From: Sphagnum compactum
Lineage: Eukaryota
DNA: 64,000 nt
Direction of reading: 5' to 3'
Assembly: GCA_965153455.1 (NCBI GenBank)
Contig: OZ234494.1
Span: 434,001-498,000, forward strand
Made by a program: the position numbers and the translations under genes. The notes under the pieces were generated by a model. That model was given only the letters and a program-made list of their open reading frames with translations, did not search any database and was not told the origin of the DNA. Below are positions 1 to 13,896 of the stretch, piece after piece. Every line of letters begins with the position of its first letter. Positions within the stretch are counted from its first letter, which is position 1.

Positions 1-3000
1 CCCTATGGGCAAATGCAAAAATACAACATGCTTTAATTGAACAATTGATCCATTCTTGAAAGTGAGTTTACAACTTTGGTTTCATATGAATATAAACAAA
101 TTAGATAGGAAACAAAAGATTGTCATTATAGATTTTGAACAAGTAGAAAACAAAAATCTATTCGAGCTTGCAATATTGTTCTACCTAGGATTCACCAAGT
201 TAGTTTTTTCCAACTCAAAATCACATCATCATATGGAAAACCAATTGAACTAATTTTTAAAAAAAAAACCATGTGAACACATAGATCTCCAAATGTGTCA
301 TTAAGCAATGCCATGACCTATTTTTCATGGACAACTTATTGAATGCTCTCTCATCTGCCATAGAACCAAGCACTTAAATCATAGCCATTTTAGCAAGCTT
401 GATGTACTTAACTTCCATAACAAGATGGGTGATAGCATTGTGACATCATTATTGGCTTAACAAATAAAGATGGGTGATACCATTGTATAGACTCACTTTA
501 CTACATTAAGATTTCTATGGAAAACTTGAGTGAAATAGTGTTAACATTTTGACTTGTCACAAACTTTTCATTAAAATTTTAAATACATTTTGGAAAAAAA
601 TTCAAAGATATATTCAATGAATGTGGATTGTGAAAAAATAACATGAACATGCAACCAACTATGCATACACTATAAAAATATTAGAATGAAAACTGCACAT
701 CAATCATGTCCATGGATAATTGCTCACTATTGAAAGATGGTAGTTGAAAAATAACTACTAGGTATGCCATAAAAATATTTTGCAAAATGTTACCCATTTT
801 CTATTCAAAAAACTTGGTGGGAAATATACACATCCAAAATGGATGACAACAACCATTAGTATCAACTATCAATATTCACTTTGGCATGACTAACAAGTCA
901 TGCTCAACAATATTTGAAATGAAATAATTGGATTTTTTGCAAATAGTATATTGTTAGTAATGTTTTATATTTTGCTCATTGAGACAAAAGGTATTTCATG
1001 TACAAAACAAGTCATCTAGATCTCCTCACATAATAAAATTAGCTAGGATAGGATGTTGGGGAAAAAGAGCATTTATGTAAACAAACACCCAAAACCCTAA
1101 ACCCTAAACCCAAATTGGGACACCTAGCAATAGAAAAAACACTCACAATTACATCATAACAAAAATCTACAAATTTTATACATAGGAATTAAAGACTCAT
1201 CAAATTAAAAGGAATTATTGGCTTACCCAAATAATGAGATCCTTGCTATATAACTCATATGAATTCCAAAGGTAGCCATTATTTGACATGACTAATATGT
1301 AGCAATGCACGTATGAAGTGTGTTGATGTGAACATTGTCATGCACATTCCAACCTAGGTTGAATATGGAGTGTAACACATGAGAGGCACGGAAAGTTAGG
1401 GAAAAATACTAGCTATGATTTGATAATGGTTCAATAGCAAAACATGTAGAGCTAAATTAAAATACAAGGTTAGGATGAATAGTCAATACATTATTGCTTT
1501 TAACCTTTTGGTTAATACTTGCCCAACATTTGAAATAACCATTATCAAATCTAAAATTTATTTCACCTTTCTTTGGGGTAAACATAAGCTTGTATTTAGC
1601 ACAACAAAATGTGGTTTTTACATTAAAATTGCTTATTGTTGATGGAATTTTAAAAAAAAGTTTGCCCTCCCTTTCAATTTTAAGGGTTTCATCATTTCAT
1701 CCTATTGTTTTAGGAGGCATAAGTGGCATGATGACATTACATCTTTCCCCTCATTATCTCGTTGAGATATGCATCCTTATGGGGGCATGTACATGGGGTT
1801 TCTTCATATGTATTCTCTTTGATATTCTTTGAAATTTGCATAATAATACCGTTTATTATGTATGGCTTGGAGGGTTTGTAAGATGCCACCTTCCAAAAAG
1901 TCATCTTCATCCACATAAGATACATACATTCACTTAAGGTCCCACTTGTATGTATGCAACTAAATTCTTTTAGCCAAGGGCTTTACATGTATGTGCGGGA
2001 GACATTTGGCTAAGGTACTTGGGCGAGCGAAGCCCTACACAAAAAGAAGATTAAAGAGGCTTAAGTTTGGTGCAATAGGGTCTTTTAAAAGCCTCAAATG
2101 TGAATGCCTCCCATATGTGTAAAAGACCCAAGAACCCATCACAGTTCAGATCTCTCTCAGATCAATGGCTGGTAATTGGCTACCAGTCATTGATCTGTAA
2201 GACCCTAAATAGAGGGGATCTTACAAGGAGCCCTTACAAGGGGCCTTACAAGGAGCCCTAAACCCCCTCCTATAAGTAGTCATGAAACTATCAAAAGAAA
2301 GAAAAATGCCAACCAAAAACCCAAAACCCACAGTTCCAAATATTTGAACCACAGTCAAAAACCAAACCTGAGATTATCTTACTCACATTGAAATTTAAAA
2401 TTAACAAAATCATAATTAAAATTAATTAATTAAAATATAATAATAATAATCTTTTTTTAAAAAAAAGCCCTAATAAACTGAAGCCAAAAGTCCTCTTCAA
2501 AAGCAAGAACCAGCTCAAACTAGTCCATTAACAACTACCTTACTATTAAAAAAAAAAAAAAAGGGGTGTAGAGAAAATAAATTTAGCCTATGTCTTTTTA
2601 TGTATTTCTATTTAGGAAAAACACTAGTGTAGTGTCATAAATGCTCAAACCCCATCAAAAGTAGCGGAAAATTGGAGTCAACTTACTTACTTACTTACTT
2701 TCTTACTTAGGGAAGACGGTAGTAGTAGAAATAGCCACCCACTAAATTTAGAGGGAACGTTGGTCTAAAGTAGCCGCCATCCACTAAATATCTGAACCTC
2801 TTAATGATTTACCTCTAAATTTGGAGGCATGACCAACTGTTACAAAGTCAATGCTATTTATCTGGGTAGGAATTTTTCCTAATTAAATAAATAAATAAAT
2901 ATTCCCTTCCCATCATTCCATCTAAACCATTTATAAAACTAATTAATTAATATTGAAAATGAACTCATATTATTATTCTCCATTTGATGATTGCAAGTTC

Positions 3001-4636
3001 AAGTTAAGAATCAAATTGACAATTTAACTCCCTAAAATTCAAAAAATCAAAATCAAATTATCTTTGAACTGAATATGAAATATGACAATGGAAAGACCTT
3101 TATTTAAAACTTTTCAATCAAAACTTGTAATGCTTGAGTTATAAACTTGTAAATTTGTAAGACTCGTAACTTGGATCCAAACTCTCGCTTGAGAATTCTA
3201 AAACTAACTATTTTAATGGTAACCCATATCATAAAAAATCATAAAATATATTATTTAGAATTAAAAATGATGCCTCTTTTTAAAGGGTTTAAATTGTTTG
3301 GGTCAAATGAATTTGCATTGTTTGTGACTAAATATTAACATCACTTGCTTTTCACTTTTATTAAATAACTTGATTTTTGATTTGTGTAGGTTACTTGTTC
3401 ATGGACGTGCACGGAGGACCTTGACAAGGCTGATGTTCTTGAACCAAACATTGGCTTCACTTTGAGCGCCGGTGAAAATGTCAAAAATATCTGTTGATAA
3501 CATTCTCTTCTACTCTTATCCTTGAATTCTCGCATTACTCCCTTTTAATTTTCAAGTGTGTGAAGTTAAAGAGTGCCCAAGGGGGAGGGAAATGAATGCA
3601 ATGGTGATGGCTGGGCTGTGACATTTTTCCTGGACAAATTTTGTGGTTTCTTGACCCAAAAAAAAAAAGGGAAAGTGTTGGATAAATGCTTTTTTTTTTT
3701 CTAGTGTAAATTCATTTAATTTTAATAATTGCCAGAAAATTTCCCCACATTCTCAGTATCCCAAAATTGGGGGAAAAAAAATTAAATAAATCCTCTGGCA
3801 ACTGCTGACCATTTAAAAAGTTGGCTAATGGCTAATAATAATAATCATGATAATAATAAAAGAGAAAAAGAAAAAGAAAAAGAAATCATAAAGCACTCCC
3901 CAAAAAAAAAAAACTGTAGTCCCAGTGTGATAAATGAGCTCAAAGTTCCGGGTTGAAAACATTTATGACAACCCGTAATGGTCTGCCCGGAGCGAAAAAA
4001 TCTCTCCCGCGCGCGTCGCGTCGCGGAGGACGCTGCACGACACGAAATCTGTCGCGTGTTGCGTTGCGTCGCGTCGTCCGCTTCCTTCCTCTTCTTCTTC
4101 CCTTGTGTTCCGCCGCCATCGCTCTTCCCTTGTGTTCCCCCGCGCGGCCTCCGCCCCCCAATCCCACGGTCTCGCGCTTTTGTTGCAGCGGCTGCCGTAA
4201 CTGCAGCACGTCCGCTGCTACATACTCGCAGCGCATAACGAGGGTTCGGTCCATGGATTCCATATCTCGCACTAATGAGCATTCACTCCTTGCTTCTTAT
4301 TATAGCACCAGAACTACCTACAACATCCACACAAACACATCACAGCTGCAGCAGCAACAGCGGGAGCAGCAACCTCACAACCAGCAAGTGCCAAAGCTGC
4401 AGGTCCGTGAGGCAGCAGCAGTAAGTGTCGTACTCAGTCCCAGTTGCTTGATTGAACTCACTCACGCGTTTGTAAGTCTTCTGTTGCTGAAGAATCTCGA
4501 ACTGCGCCCAGAGCTGCTGCAATTTCCGGAAGAAGAAGAAGAAGAAGAAGACGACGAAGATGATGATGATGTAACCGGTAGTTATCGAGGACGAGCTGCT
4601 GTAAAGGAGGAACTGTGGATCGATCGAGTTTGATCC

Positions 4637-7600
4637 ATGGAGTACCGCGAGATGAATGGCGGGAGATTCTATTACGACAATTCCGTGGCAATCCCAATGC
4701 CCGGGTTGTTATATCCCGGACAGCAGCAGCAGCCCTCTTTCCAGTTCAATCTCAAGAAGGAGACGGGGCGAGGAAACAACAAGCTGTATCTGGGACAGCA
4801 GCAACAGGAGCAGATGTTCCAGTTCCATGAAGCTGCTGGAGCGCCGGCTGCATCTGCAGGCGTCAGCGGGTTGATGGAGAAGAAGGAAAAGAAGAACAGC
4901 AGCAGCGCCTTCGCTACTAGAGGTTTCGACGCTGCTGCAGCAACAGCATTAGCAGCAGCTGGAGACGACAACAGCGCCTGCGCAAGACTCACGTGGTCAG
5001 ACTTGTGGGTGTCCGTCACCAATGCTAAGGGCGAGGATCAGACAGTGCTCCATGGATTGTCGGGATACGCAGAGCCTGGCGGCATGCTTGCGATCATGGG
5101 TCCTTCAGGCTCCGGCAAGTCAACTCTTCTCGACTCTCTCGCAGGTAAGAAGAAAGAAGAAGAAGAAGAAGAAGCAAGTCTTGCTGCTGAATGGTGTTGT
5201 TCATGAGGTGCCTGAGGCCGCGATCGAGCTGCAGAACCCAACAACACTTACAGTCTTGCAGGCAGTTTTGCATCACAAACTAAGACTTGCTTGTGGTGAT
5301 TGCAGGCAGATTGGCGAAGAATGCCACCCTCACAGGCGAGATTCTCGTGAATGGGAAGAAGAAAGGCCTCTCCTATGGTGCAGCTGTAAGAAGAACAAGA
5401 GTTCTCCATTTCCCGCATTGATCTTCTCTAGACTTGCTTGCAGCAGAATTGTGTGTGTGTGTGTGAGAGGTTCGTCGCTGTTGCTGTTGTTGCAGAGAGA
5501 TGATGATGATCCGCGATGGGATGTTTGCAGGCATACGTGACACAAGCGGATGACTTGATAGGAACTTTGACGGTGCGAGAGACGGTGTACTACTCTGCAA
5601 ATCTGCGGTTACCAGACGGAATGTCGCAGGCGGAGAGGAAGGCCATCGTCGACAGAACCATGAGCGACATGGGTCTCCAAGACTGTGCCGACACGCCCAT
5701 CGGCAACTGGCATCTGCGAGGTTTGAGTGGAGGCGAGAAGCGAAGAGTGAGCATTGCCCTTGAGATTCTCACTCGTCCTCGCATGCTTTTCTTGGACGAA
5801 CCCACCAGCGGCCTCGACAGGTACGAGAGCTTCGCTGAGGAGAAGAAGATCGAGAAAACAGTAGTAGTGTTCTGGAAGAAGGAAATCTGAAGAAGAGGAA
5901 GAAGAAGCTTGCAAGAGCTTTGCTCGTCTTTCTTGGGGTTGTTTGTTTGTTTGTTTATTTGCTCATGGGGGTTTAAGACATGGGGTTTGTGGGCTTGGTG
6001 GTGTAGTGCCTCGGCATTCTTTGTGATGACCACATTGAGGAACTTGTCCAGAGATGGTCGCACTGTGATTGCTTCCATTCATCAACCCAGCAGTGAAGTT
6101 TTTGAGCTTTTCGATAACCTCTTCTTGCTCTCTGGTGGTCACACCATCTTCTTCGGTGAAGCTGCTGTAGCTCATGAGGTAGGAGGGTGCACACATGCAC
6201 ATACACATCCCTAGCCTCTCTCTCTCTCTCTCTCTCTCTCTACCCATGTACCTCATGTTCCCCTTGCTGTAAGAGACACTTTCTTTGCAGCAGCAACAAG
6301 AGACGCTGTCTTTGCTTCAGCAAGAAGTTTCTGAGATTTCTTTTTAGCAACAAGAGAATTCTTTGCAGCAAGAAGAGGCATTCTTTGTTGCAGCTGCAAA
6401 AGAATTTGTTTGCAGCAGCAAGAGACGTTGTTTGCAGCAGCAAGAGACTTTGTTTACAGCAGCAAGAAATTTTGTTTGCAGCAACAAGAGAATTCTTTGC
6501 AGCAACAAGAAGAGACTTTCTTTGCAACAGCAAGAGATTTCTGAGATTTCTTTGCAGCAGCAAGAGACTTTGTTTGCAGCAGCAAGAGACTTTGTTTACA
6601 GCAGCAAGAAATTTTGTTTGCAGCAACAAGAGAATTCTTTGCAGCAACAAGAGACTTTCTTTGCAACAGCAAGAGATTTCTGGGATTTCTTTGCAGCAGC
6701 AAGAGACGTTCTTTGCAGCAGCAAGAGAACACTTTGCAGTAGCAAGAGACTTTCTGAGATTTCTGGGATTTTTTTTTTGCTTCGCAGTAGTAAGAGGATG
6801 ATTTTTCCCTTTCTTATGGTTTTCTTTTTATGATTTCTGTGTGTCTGTGTGTCTCCTTCTTTTGGTTGCAGCATTTTGCAGCTTCAGGCTTCCCGTGTCC
6901 AAAGCTAAGGAATCCTGCAGACCATTTTCTTCGAGCAGTGAACTCAGACTTCGATCGAGTCAAGATGGGTGTACAAGGGTCCTTCAAGATCAGAGTAAGA
7001 AGAAATGATTTTAAATTTCACGCCCGCATCATCGGAGCAGATTGTTTGAAGATTGTTTTCCTTCTTACTCCACCCACCTCTACTCCTTCTATGTTTTTTT
7101 TATAACACATTTTTTGGGATTCCAACAAAATTGCTGCAGGAAATTGAAGCACAGAGGGTTGATCCTCTAGAGAAGATGATGGCAAGCCAAGTGGTGAAAA
7201 TCTTGACTGATTCATACCTCAATTCACACTACTATCTCCTGGCGCTTTCCCGGATGCATGAAATCAATAAAATTGTAAGTGTTGAAATCTAAGAAATTTT
7301 CAATCTCTCTCTTTTTTTTTGGGGTCATACTCGTGATCATCTTCTTATCTAGGTGTTGGGGGTTTTGTTTAGAATTCTTTCTTTGGTAAAGACTCTAAAA
7401 CCCTAAACCCTAAACTTCCTTCTTTGTAAGGTTAAGAACCTTTTATATCTCAAAAAAATTTAAAAAAACTGGGTTTGTGGGCTTTTTTCTTTGGGTTCAG
7501 GAAGGTGCAATCTTGGAGTCTAGTGGTAGCCAAGCGAGCTTCATTCGCCAATGTTTCATCCTTACACGCAGATCATATGTGAATATGTCCCGAGATATTG

Positions 7601-9233
7601 GTTACTATTGGCTACGCCTTGTAATCTATATTATGCTGACCATTTGTATTGGCACAATTTACTTCAAAGTTGGTCATGAATTCTCAGCAATTGCAGTGGG
7701 TGTTTCTTCCTCACAACTATCTTTTACATAATCTTTTATATGCTACTTCATCAAGCTTTATATGCTAATTTGGTTGAGACCCTTGAAAATGAACCTCAAC
7801 TCTTATCCCTATTAAAACCCTAAATCTAACAATAATTTTATTTATTATTATTTTTGTGATTGAATGTAGCTGCTGAACTGTGAAGTGCTCACTCTCACAT
7901 GTTGAGACTTTCCTGTTAGAACATGGATTTTGTTGTAGCTCAGAATTTGCATTTCTTGGGTTTTTTGCAGGGACGAGCTGGGTGCATGTCTTATGTTGCA
8001 GGTTTTCTGACATTCATGTCAATTGGTGGTTTTCCATCTTTTGTTGAGGATATGAAGGTACATGGTTTCAGACCCATTTGCAAAAACTCCCAAAGATTAC
8101 ATTTTGTTTGGCTTACTTCCAAAACCCCACTCACACAAGATTTTAGCTGACAATAACAGGCGATGGTGGTTTTCAATTCTGCTTGTTTTGCAGGTATTTA
8201 GTCGGGAGAGGTTGAATGGGCACTACGGAGTGGCGGCGTTTGTCATTGGGAATTCTCTCTCATCCCTCCCGTTTTTGTTCCTGATATCCGTTGTATCAGG
8301 TTCAATTGTTTACTTCATGGTGCAATTGCATCCGGGTTGGGACCACTTTGTTTACTTTGTGCTCATGCTCTTTGCATGCGTCGCTTGTGTGGAGAGCCTT
8401 ATGATGGCAGTCGCCAGTGTTGTTCCTAACTTTCTCATGGGCATCATCACTGGCGCGGGTATTCAGGTATATAATTTGTTTTTTTGTATCAGTGTTGTTG
8501 GTATTAGTTCTCTGCAATAGAATATCAATCAAAGAGATGGTGATAGTGTGAGTATTTTGCCCAAGAAATTGGCAGTGAAATTGATAACACAAGCGATTAG
8601 CAGCGTCATGGATCAAATGCCAGTGAATTTGATTTTCCAAAGTGATGATTGAGGAGGGAGCTGCATCATCAAGTGGATGATCAATGAATGAAAATTATGC
8701 CTAACCCTAATTTGCTCTTTGCTTCTGTGGAGCAGGGCATTTTTTTACTGGTGGCTGGATTCTTCCGATTACCCAAAGATCTACCAAAGGCAGTTTGGCG
8801 CTACCCGATGTCTTACATAGGCTTCCATATGTATGCACTTCAGGGGATGTACCAGAATGATTTTCTGGGAGTGACATTCGACAACTTTGTCCTCAATGGC
8901 ATACCGACGGGGCCTCCCATCACGGGCGAATACGTAGTAAAACAGGTGTATGAAATCGATACGAGACGGAGCCGGTGGGAAGATTTAGCGGTCGTATTGG
9001 GTATGGTTATTGGCTATCGGCTCATCTTCTTCCTCACAATCAAGTTCAGCGAAGATGTCGGCCCCGTTCTTCGTGTTCTGCTCACCCGACTACTACGACT
9101 AATCACTTCACTGCTCGTCACACACAAGGCGGGGGTCGCACATAATACCATCACACCTGTTTCGCTCGAACCTTCACCAGTTCATGAAGCCGTCCCGCTC
9201 CGCTACTCAATGGGGAAAAACTTTGGCCACTAA
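4637..9233 (+). CDS. ABCG (WBC/White-type) half-size ABC transporter, ABCG11-like; 10 exons: 4637-5144, 5306-5385, 5531-5820, 6007-6178, 6872-6994, 7140-7274, 7501-7695, 7971-8057, 8194-8466, 8736-9233
   Basis: Walker [11 protein letters not shown]-loop AYVTQ, signature [11 protein letters not shown], Walker [13 protein letters not shown]-loop SIHQPS, NPADHFL, then an ABC2-type membrane domain ([25 protein letters not shown]). The NBD-TMD order is typical of ABCG. All introns are GT-AG with consistent phases. The ABCG11/cuticular-lipid subgroup is inferred from recalled similarity. Confidence 0.95.
6270..6770. repeat. Degenerate ~21-bp minisatellite (TTTGCAGCAGCAAGAGAC-like) in ABCG intron 4
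   Basis: Many tandem variants of tttgcagcagcaagagac/tttgcagcaacaagagaa between the intron donor at 6179 and the acceptor at 6871. Confidence 0.9.
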
Positions 9234-10677
9234 AGGGTGTTTTAATTTAATTTAATTCAATTTAATTTATTTTTAATTTATTTTTTTTTGTTTTATTTAT
9301 TTATTTTGTTTTTGTTTTGTTTTGTTTTATTTTTTTTGGTTTTTTTAACATACATGCCCTAATTTCCTTCCCAGGTTTTGTGATATTTTTTACAAAACCC
9401 TGGCCGGCCGGGCACAAAGCAAAACCCAATGATACCCACATTCCTTCCTTCCTTCCTCCCTTTGTTTTCTGTACAAAACAACCCCAAAAAAAAATTGGAA
9501 GCAAAAAAAATGTTCATTTGGGAACAACTTTTTTTTATTGTTATTAGGAACTTTGCATCACATCTATTAATTTAAAAATAATCTAAAATATTTATTGAGA
9601 ACAAATCATGTAAATTCTTTCTTTGACCAATTACAACTTTTTTGGGCCATAGGCTAACCAACTTTTGAATCCCCCTTTTAAAAAAATGTGTATTAAAAAA
9701 TGCGGAAAAGTTATGGAAGAAAATCCAACCAATCATGGCCTTTTTTTAAGGCCCCAGGGTCTAACAAACTTTGTGCTCACCTTCAAAGAAAATTATTAAT
9801 TCTTTGGAGGGAGAAAATCATGATAAAAAGTCTTTTGTAGACCAATTTGGGTTGGGATATGGTTGAACAAATGTTTAACTCACCTTTTCAAAAAATTTAT
9901 AAAAATAAAATAAATAAATCTGAGTTTAAATGGACCTTCAAAATTTATTTACCCAATAATGGTTGTTTTGACCTAATGGTCTAAAGGGCTTGGCAACAAG
10001 CCTTTAGGGGAGCCCCATATAGAATTGACCTTCAAAATCGTTTAATGCTAAAGAGTGAGAGAGCCGGCCAGGGCTCATTCCAGCTCCTTAGGCTTGCCTA
10101 ATGACTTGCTAGGAGCTGGAATGGCCCCTAGGTGGTCGACTTTCTAGTACATAAAGGCAGGATTAAAAGGCGTCCTTTTTGCTGTGGGCGGAATCTGCAG
10201 CACTGGCCGATTCTGCAGAAGTAATAGATCTTCGAAAAGCCCTAATCGACCTCACCTGACTTCAATGTGTAGAGAGAGGAACAAAAATGGGGTTTTCCAT
10301 TCGAGGGTTTTGGGGCATCACCTTCTTCACCATTCTTCTTCACCTTTCCCTTCTGGAATTAGGGTTCACTTAGGGTTTTGCTCTCTCTCTCTCTCTCTCT
10401 CTCTCGCGGCCCCTCTGTGTCTGGCTGTCGATCTGTGTGTGGTTTGTTTGGTGCTTATGCTTGTGCTTAGTGAGTTACCGCAGAACCCATCTCCGCTAGG
10501 CGAGGAAGGAGAATAAAGGCGTGTGTCGTCAGGTAGGAGCAACGGGGAGAGTGCAGTAATGTCGGGAACTTAGAGAGGAGAGGAGGGGCTTTATTCTCGT
10601 AGTAACAACAAGCACCCAAGCGCGCAACAGACAAAAGGGCTGACATTTTGTAGTGATAGAAGAAGAAGAAGGGGGTG

Positions 10678-12485
10678 ATGGCGGCCACTCTTACAACTAC
10701 TCCAGGAGCACCCTCAACATCTTTGCAACGACTACACCATGTCGAGAAGGTTGTCAGTCGTACCTCTCTGTCTATCTGTCTGTCTGTTTCTCTCTGGATG
10801 CTTGTTTTTCTGCCACTGCCAAAAGCTTTAGGTCAAAAGAAAGCTTACAAGCACGTTTCTCTTTGAGGACACTCCACTGTTGTGATACCTGAAAGAGGGG
10901 GAAAAAAAAACTTCTTTTTGAAGATCGCTCTTTTGGAGCAGACATGCTTTGAGAGATATGATCGTGTGATTTTATTCTTATTCTTATCAAAAATTGAAAA
11001 CAATTGTTGGGTCGTGCTTCTTTGGATCCAGAAGAATCATAGAGATCACAGAAGTACAATCTGTTGCCATGTTGGGATTTCACAGATTCTGGTGCCATGT
11101 TTTGGAGTTCACGAATTCTATTTTCAGTTACAAAAAGAAAGGGTAAGAATGTACCTGTCTAAAATCTGAGAGCTAGCCCAGTAGAATTAATTCTTTTTTG
11201 GGGAACAGAACAACTGAAATGGCATCCCTGTGAGAGACAGAGAATTGTGCACACAGTGGAGTTGGCAGGCGGGGTGATGGAAGAGCTGGCCAAAGCTGGA
11301 GGCCCTCGCAATGAGGTTGTTACAGTTCAATGTCAGGAATTCATGCAAGCTGTGAAAGTAATGCTGCTATCCTCCTTTTCTTCTTCTTCTTCTTCTTGAC
11401 TCTTGTTGATATGACTGACTGTCTCTTTCCACCCTGAAGCTCTATTCCTTACAACATCTCAGACCAGGAAAAAAAGTTGCAGACATTGGAGCACTCTTTT
11501 CCTGTTGTCTTGATCTGTCGTGCCACTGCTGCTCTATACTTCAGCACACATCATAGATGCATGTATTCAAAGTGGGATGCACAAGGAGGTATTCTTATGT
11601 ATGCTTTCTTTTAGCTTGATGGCGAGTGGCATTAATGCACGGTATTGAGGATATGCTTCTTGACTGCACACCAATCCAATTGTCATGACGAAGTAGTTAT
11701 TCCCATTGCCTCTGGAAATGTAGTTTTGATCACTAAGGGTTTTTAGCAGATTATTATAATCTTATATACACTCAACTGTCAGGAGCTGATGAACTCAATG
11801 GGCAATAAATGATAGCTAGTCATTGCCATTTCATGATGAAGGTGACTGGCACAACATGTTCTTTCTTGTTTTGTTTTTTGGTGTTGCTGGAACTGACACC
11901 AGTTCTGTTTTTTCAGTTACCTTACAATGTTTTTCTTGAGTTGTGTTTCTGCAATCATATTAAGTCCAAAATGAGTCCTTAAGAGATGCTTGTTGAATAT
12001 GGTACTTGGAAGGCACTGGTCCTCTAGAGGAATTTGAAGTTGAGAATGGTGAATTCAAGTTGACACAATCAAAATATGATGGAAGTTTAGACAGCTGTGT
12101 ACTGCCATGCAATCTGTTGTCCTCATCCAGTAAGAGCTTTTTTCCTACTTTCTTGCTTAAAAGTTTGTTCACAGATAGTGGAAAGAAGAACTGTCATCCT
12201 TCAAAGACTGGGTGTGTCAATCTTCTCACACTAAAATCAGTGGACTTGAATATAAGCATGATAGGGCTGTTCCATCAATTGTTTGTTTCATATGGTGTGA
12301 AACAGGAGATCCAGACAACATTGCGTGATGAGATCAAGAGCATGTGTGAATATCGGCCTTATGAGCATTGTGACTACCCTGCTCGAATGGCGGCTGAAAT
12401 CAGTGTTAAGAAGTTGGATTGTGTTCTTGGCCAGATAGCAACCATGCAAGGTACGGTGGCTCAGTACCAATCAGCAAATCCCTAG
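10678..12485 (+). CDS. MED11: Mediator of RNA polymerase II transcription subunit 11; exons 10678-10749, 11241-11357, 12306-12485 (122 aa)
   Basis: The spliced product ...TSLQRLHHVEK-RIVHTVELAGGVMEELAKAGGPRNEVVTVQCQEFMQAVK-EIQTTLRDEIKSMCEYRPYEHCDYPARMAAEISVKKLDCVL... matches plant MED11 as recalled (TSLQRLQNVE, ELAGGVMEEL, LREEIKSACEYRPFEKCDY). Both introns are phase-0 GT-AG. A probable 5'UTR intron lies at 10533-10653. Confidence 0.93.
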
Positions 12486-13896
12486 CATCCAATAGCCTTT
12501 CAACTTATGTAAAACAATCACATCCCCATTCTGCTTTACACATGCAGTAGAGTGTGATTGATCAAAATCTTCTTGTTTTTGATGTTTGCTTTTTCTAGGT
12601 TAGCAGTCAAATCAAGAGAAAAAATTTGGTTACAATTGTAGACTTGGGTTAAACTCTGCATGGTTCTTGCTTTGTGATTGCATCCCAAGTTAGGTGTCTG
12701 TTGTCTGAGACAATTCAAAAACGGGGTCAAAAGGTGTTCCTTTTGTGTAAGTCATGAACAACACCAAGGACAACATGGGATGTTATTGGTGATTATAAGT
12801 CTAGGGTAAAGCACCAGGGTGGGGGGTGTTCCGACATGGCTGAAAATGAATAATGTTAAATACACTTTTCATTAGAGGTTCAGGCCTAAGATTAAAAACA
12901 TGTGAACCAACGAAAAGATGAATTGCAATATACTACAATATACTACGCTGCTGAAAATAGATAATGTTTCATCCACTTTACAATAGGGGTGCAGGCAGAC
13001 CAAGGAAAATGTGAATGGATGAAAATTTGACAAGCAATACTATTTGGCTGAAAAATAGATAATGTTTCATTCATTTACATGGACTTCACACTTAGTCCAC
13101 CACTGCAAAGTCTATTAGACTATGAGCCCAAAAAGTTGTGAATGGTTGTGAACAGATTCTATGTAAAGTGCCACCATGAGCCACCAAGAAATGGGGGCTT
13201 GTCTTTAGTGTACAAGTTCGAGGAATTGTTCCATTGGAGAATACATGGTGCTATGCAACTCCTTACCACTCATGAACAATACCAATCACAAAGCCCTAAT
13301 TTTTTTAGAGTTTTACTACACTTGACATACACATACCTAGAAACACAAAAAAATTTCATACACAATATATGAATAGGACTCTCTCAAAAGAGGAAAGCTC
13401 TAGGTCTTGAACAAGTGCAACGTAGCATCAATGGTGGAGGCAACCATTAGACCAAACTATGTCCATATCTTTTTATAAAATGATATTGATTGATCTTGGT
13501 TCTATGTACTCAAGTGCATACTCAAACACATACCCACCAAAACCCTGTAAACCAAATTGATACTAGCCTAAATGTGCCCTTTGTTTGTAACAAAAAAAAG
13601 ACCTAACTATGATAACATCATTGTGCTCTTTTGAGCCCCTTTCTCACATTTATTTTTTGGGTATTGACTAAATTCAAGAACTTAAAATTGCAGGTTGAAC
13701 ACCCTCCTTATAGATGCACCTAACAGATTGTAAGTAAGAAAATTGATAAATCGAAATACAAAATCTATATTAATGAAAGTGGAAATGAATTTATGAAAAA
13801 ATTATATGATCATGGAATTTTATTTTGATATTATAAGATTCAAGAAGAAAATGAAAATATATTTAATATTTGAATCTAATGTCAATTCAATCGTAA

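Noticed and set aside
1-3550. Short ORFs in the AT-rich left end
   Set aside because: No recognisable motifs or splice-consistent structure; this is likely intergenic DNA and decayed repeats.
6187-6874. Several overlapping 90-200 aa ORFs rich in QQQ/LLL/CCC
   Set aside because: They are translations of the intronic minisatellite in ABCG intron 4; the flanking exons splice in phase without them.
12006-12305. N-terminal part of the 159-aa ORF at 12006-12485
   Set aside because: It is intron 2 of MED11; only 12306-12485 matches MED11 and follows a proper acceptor.
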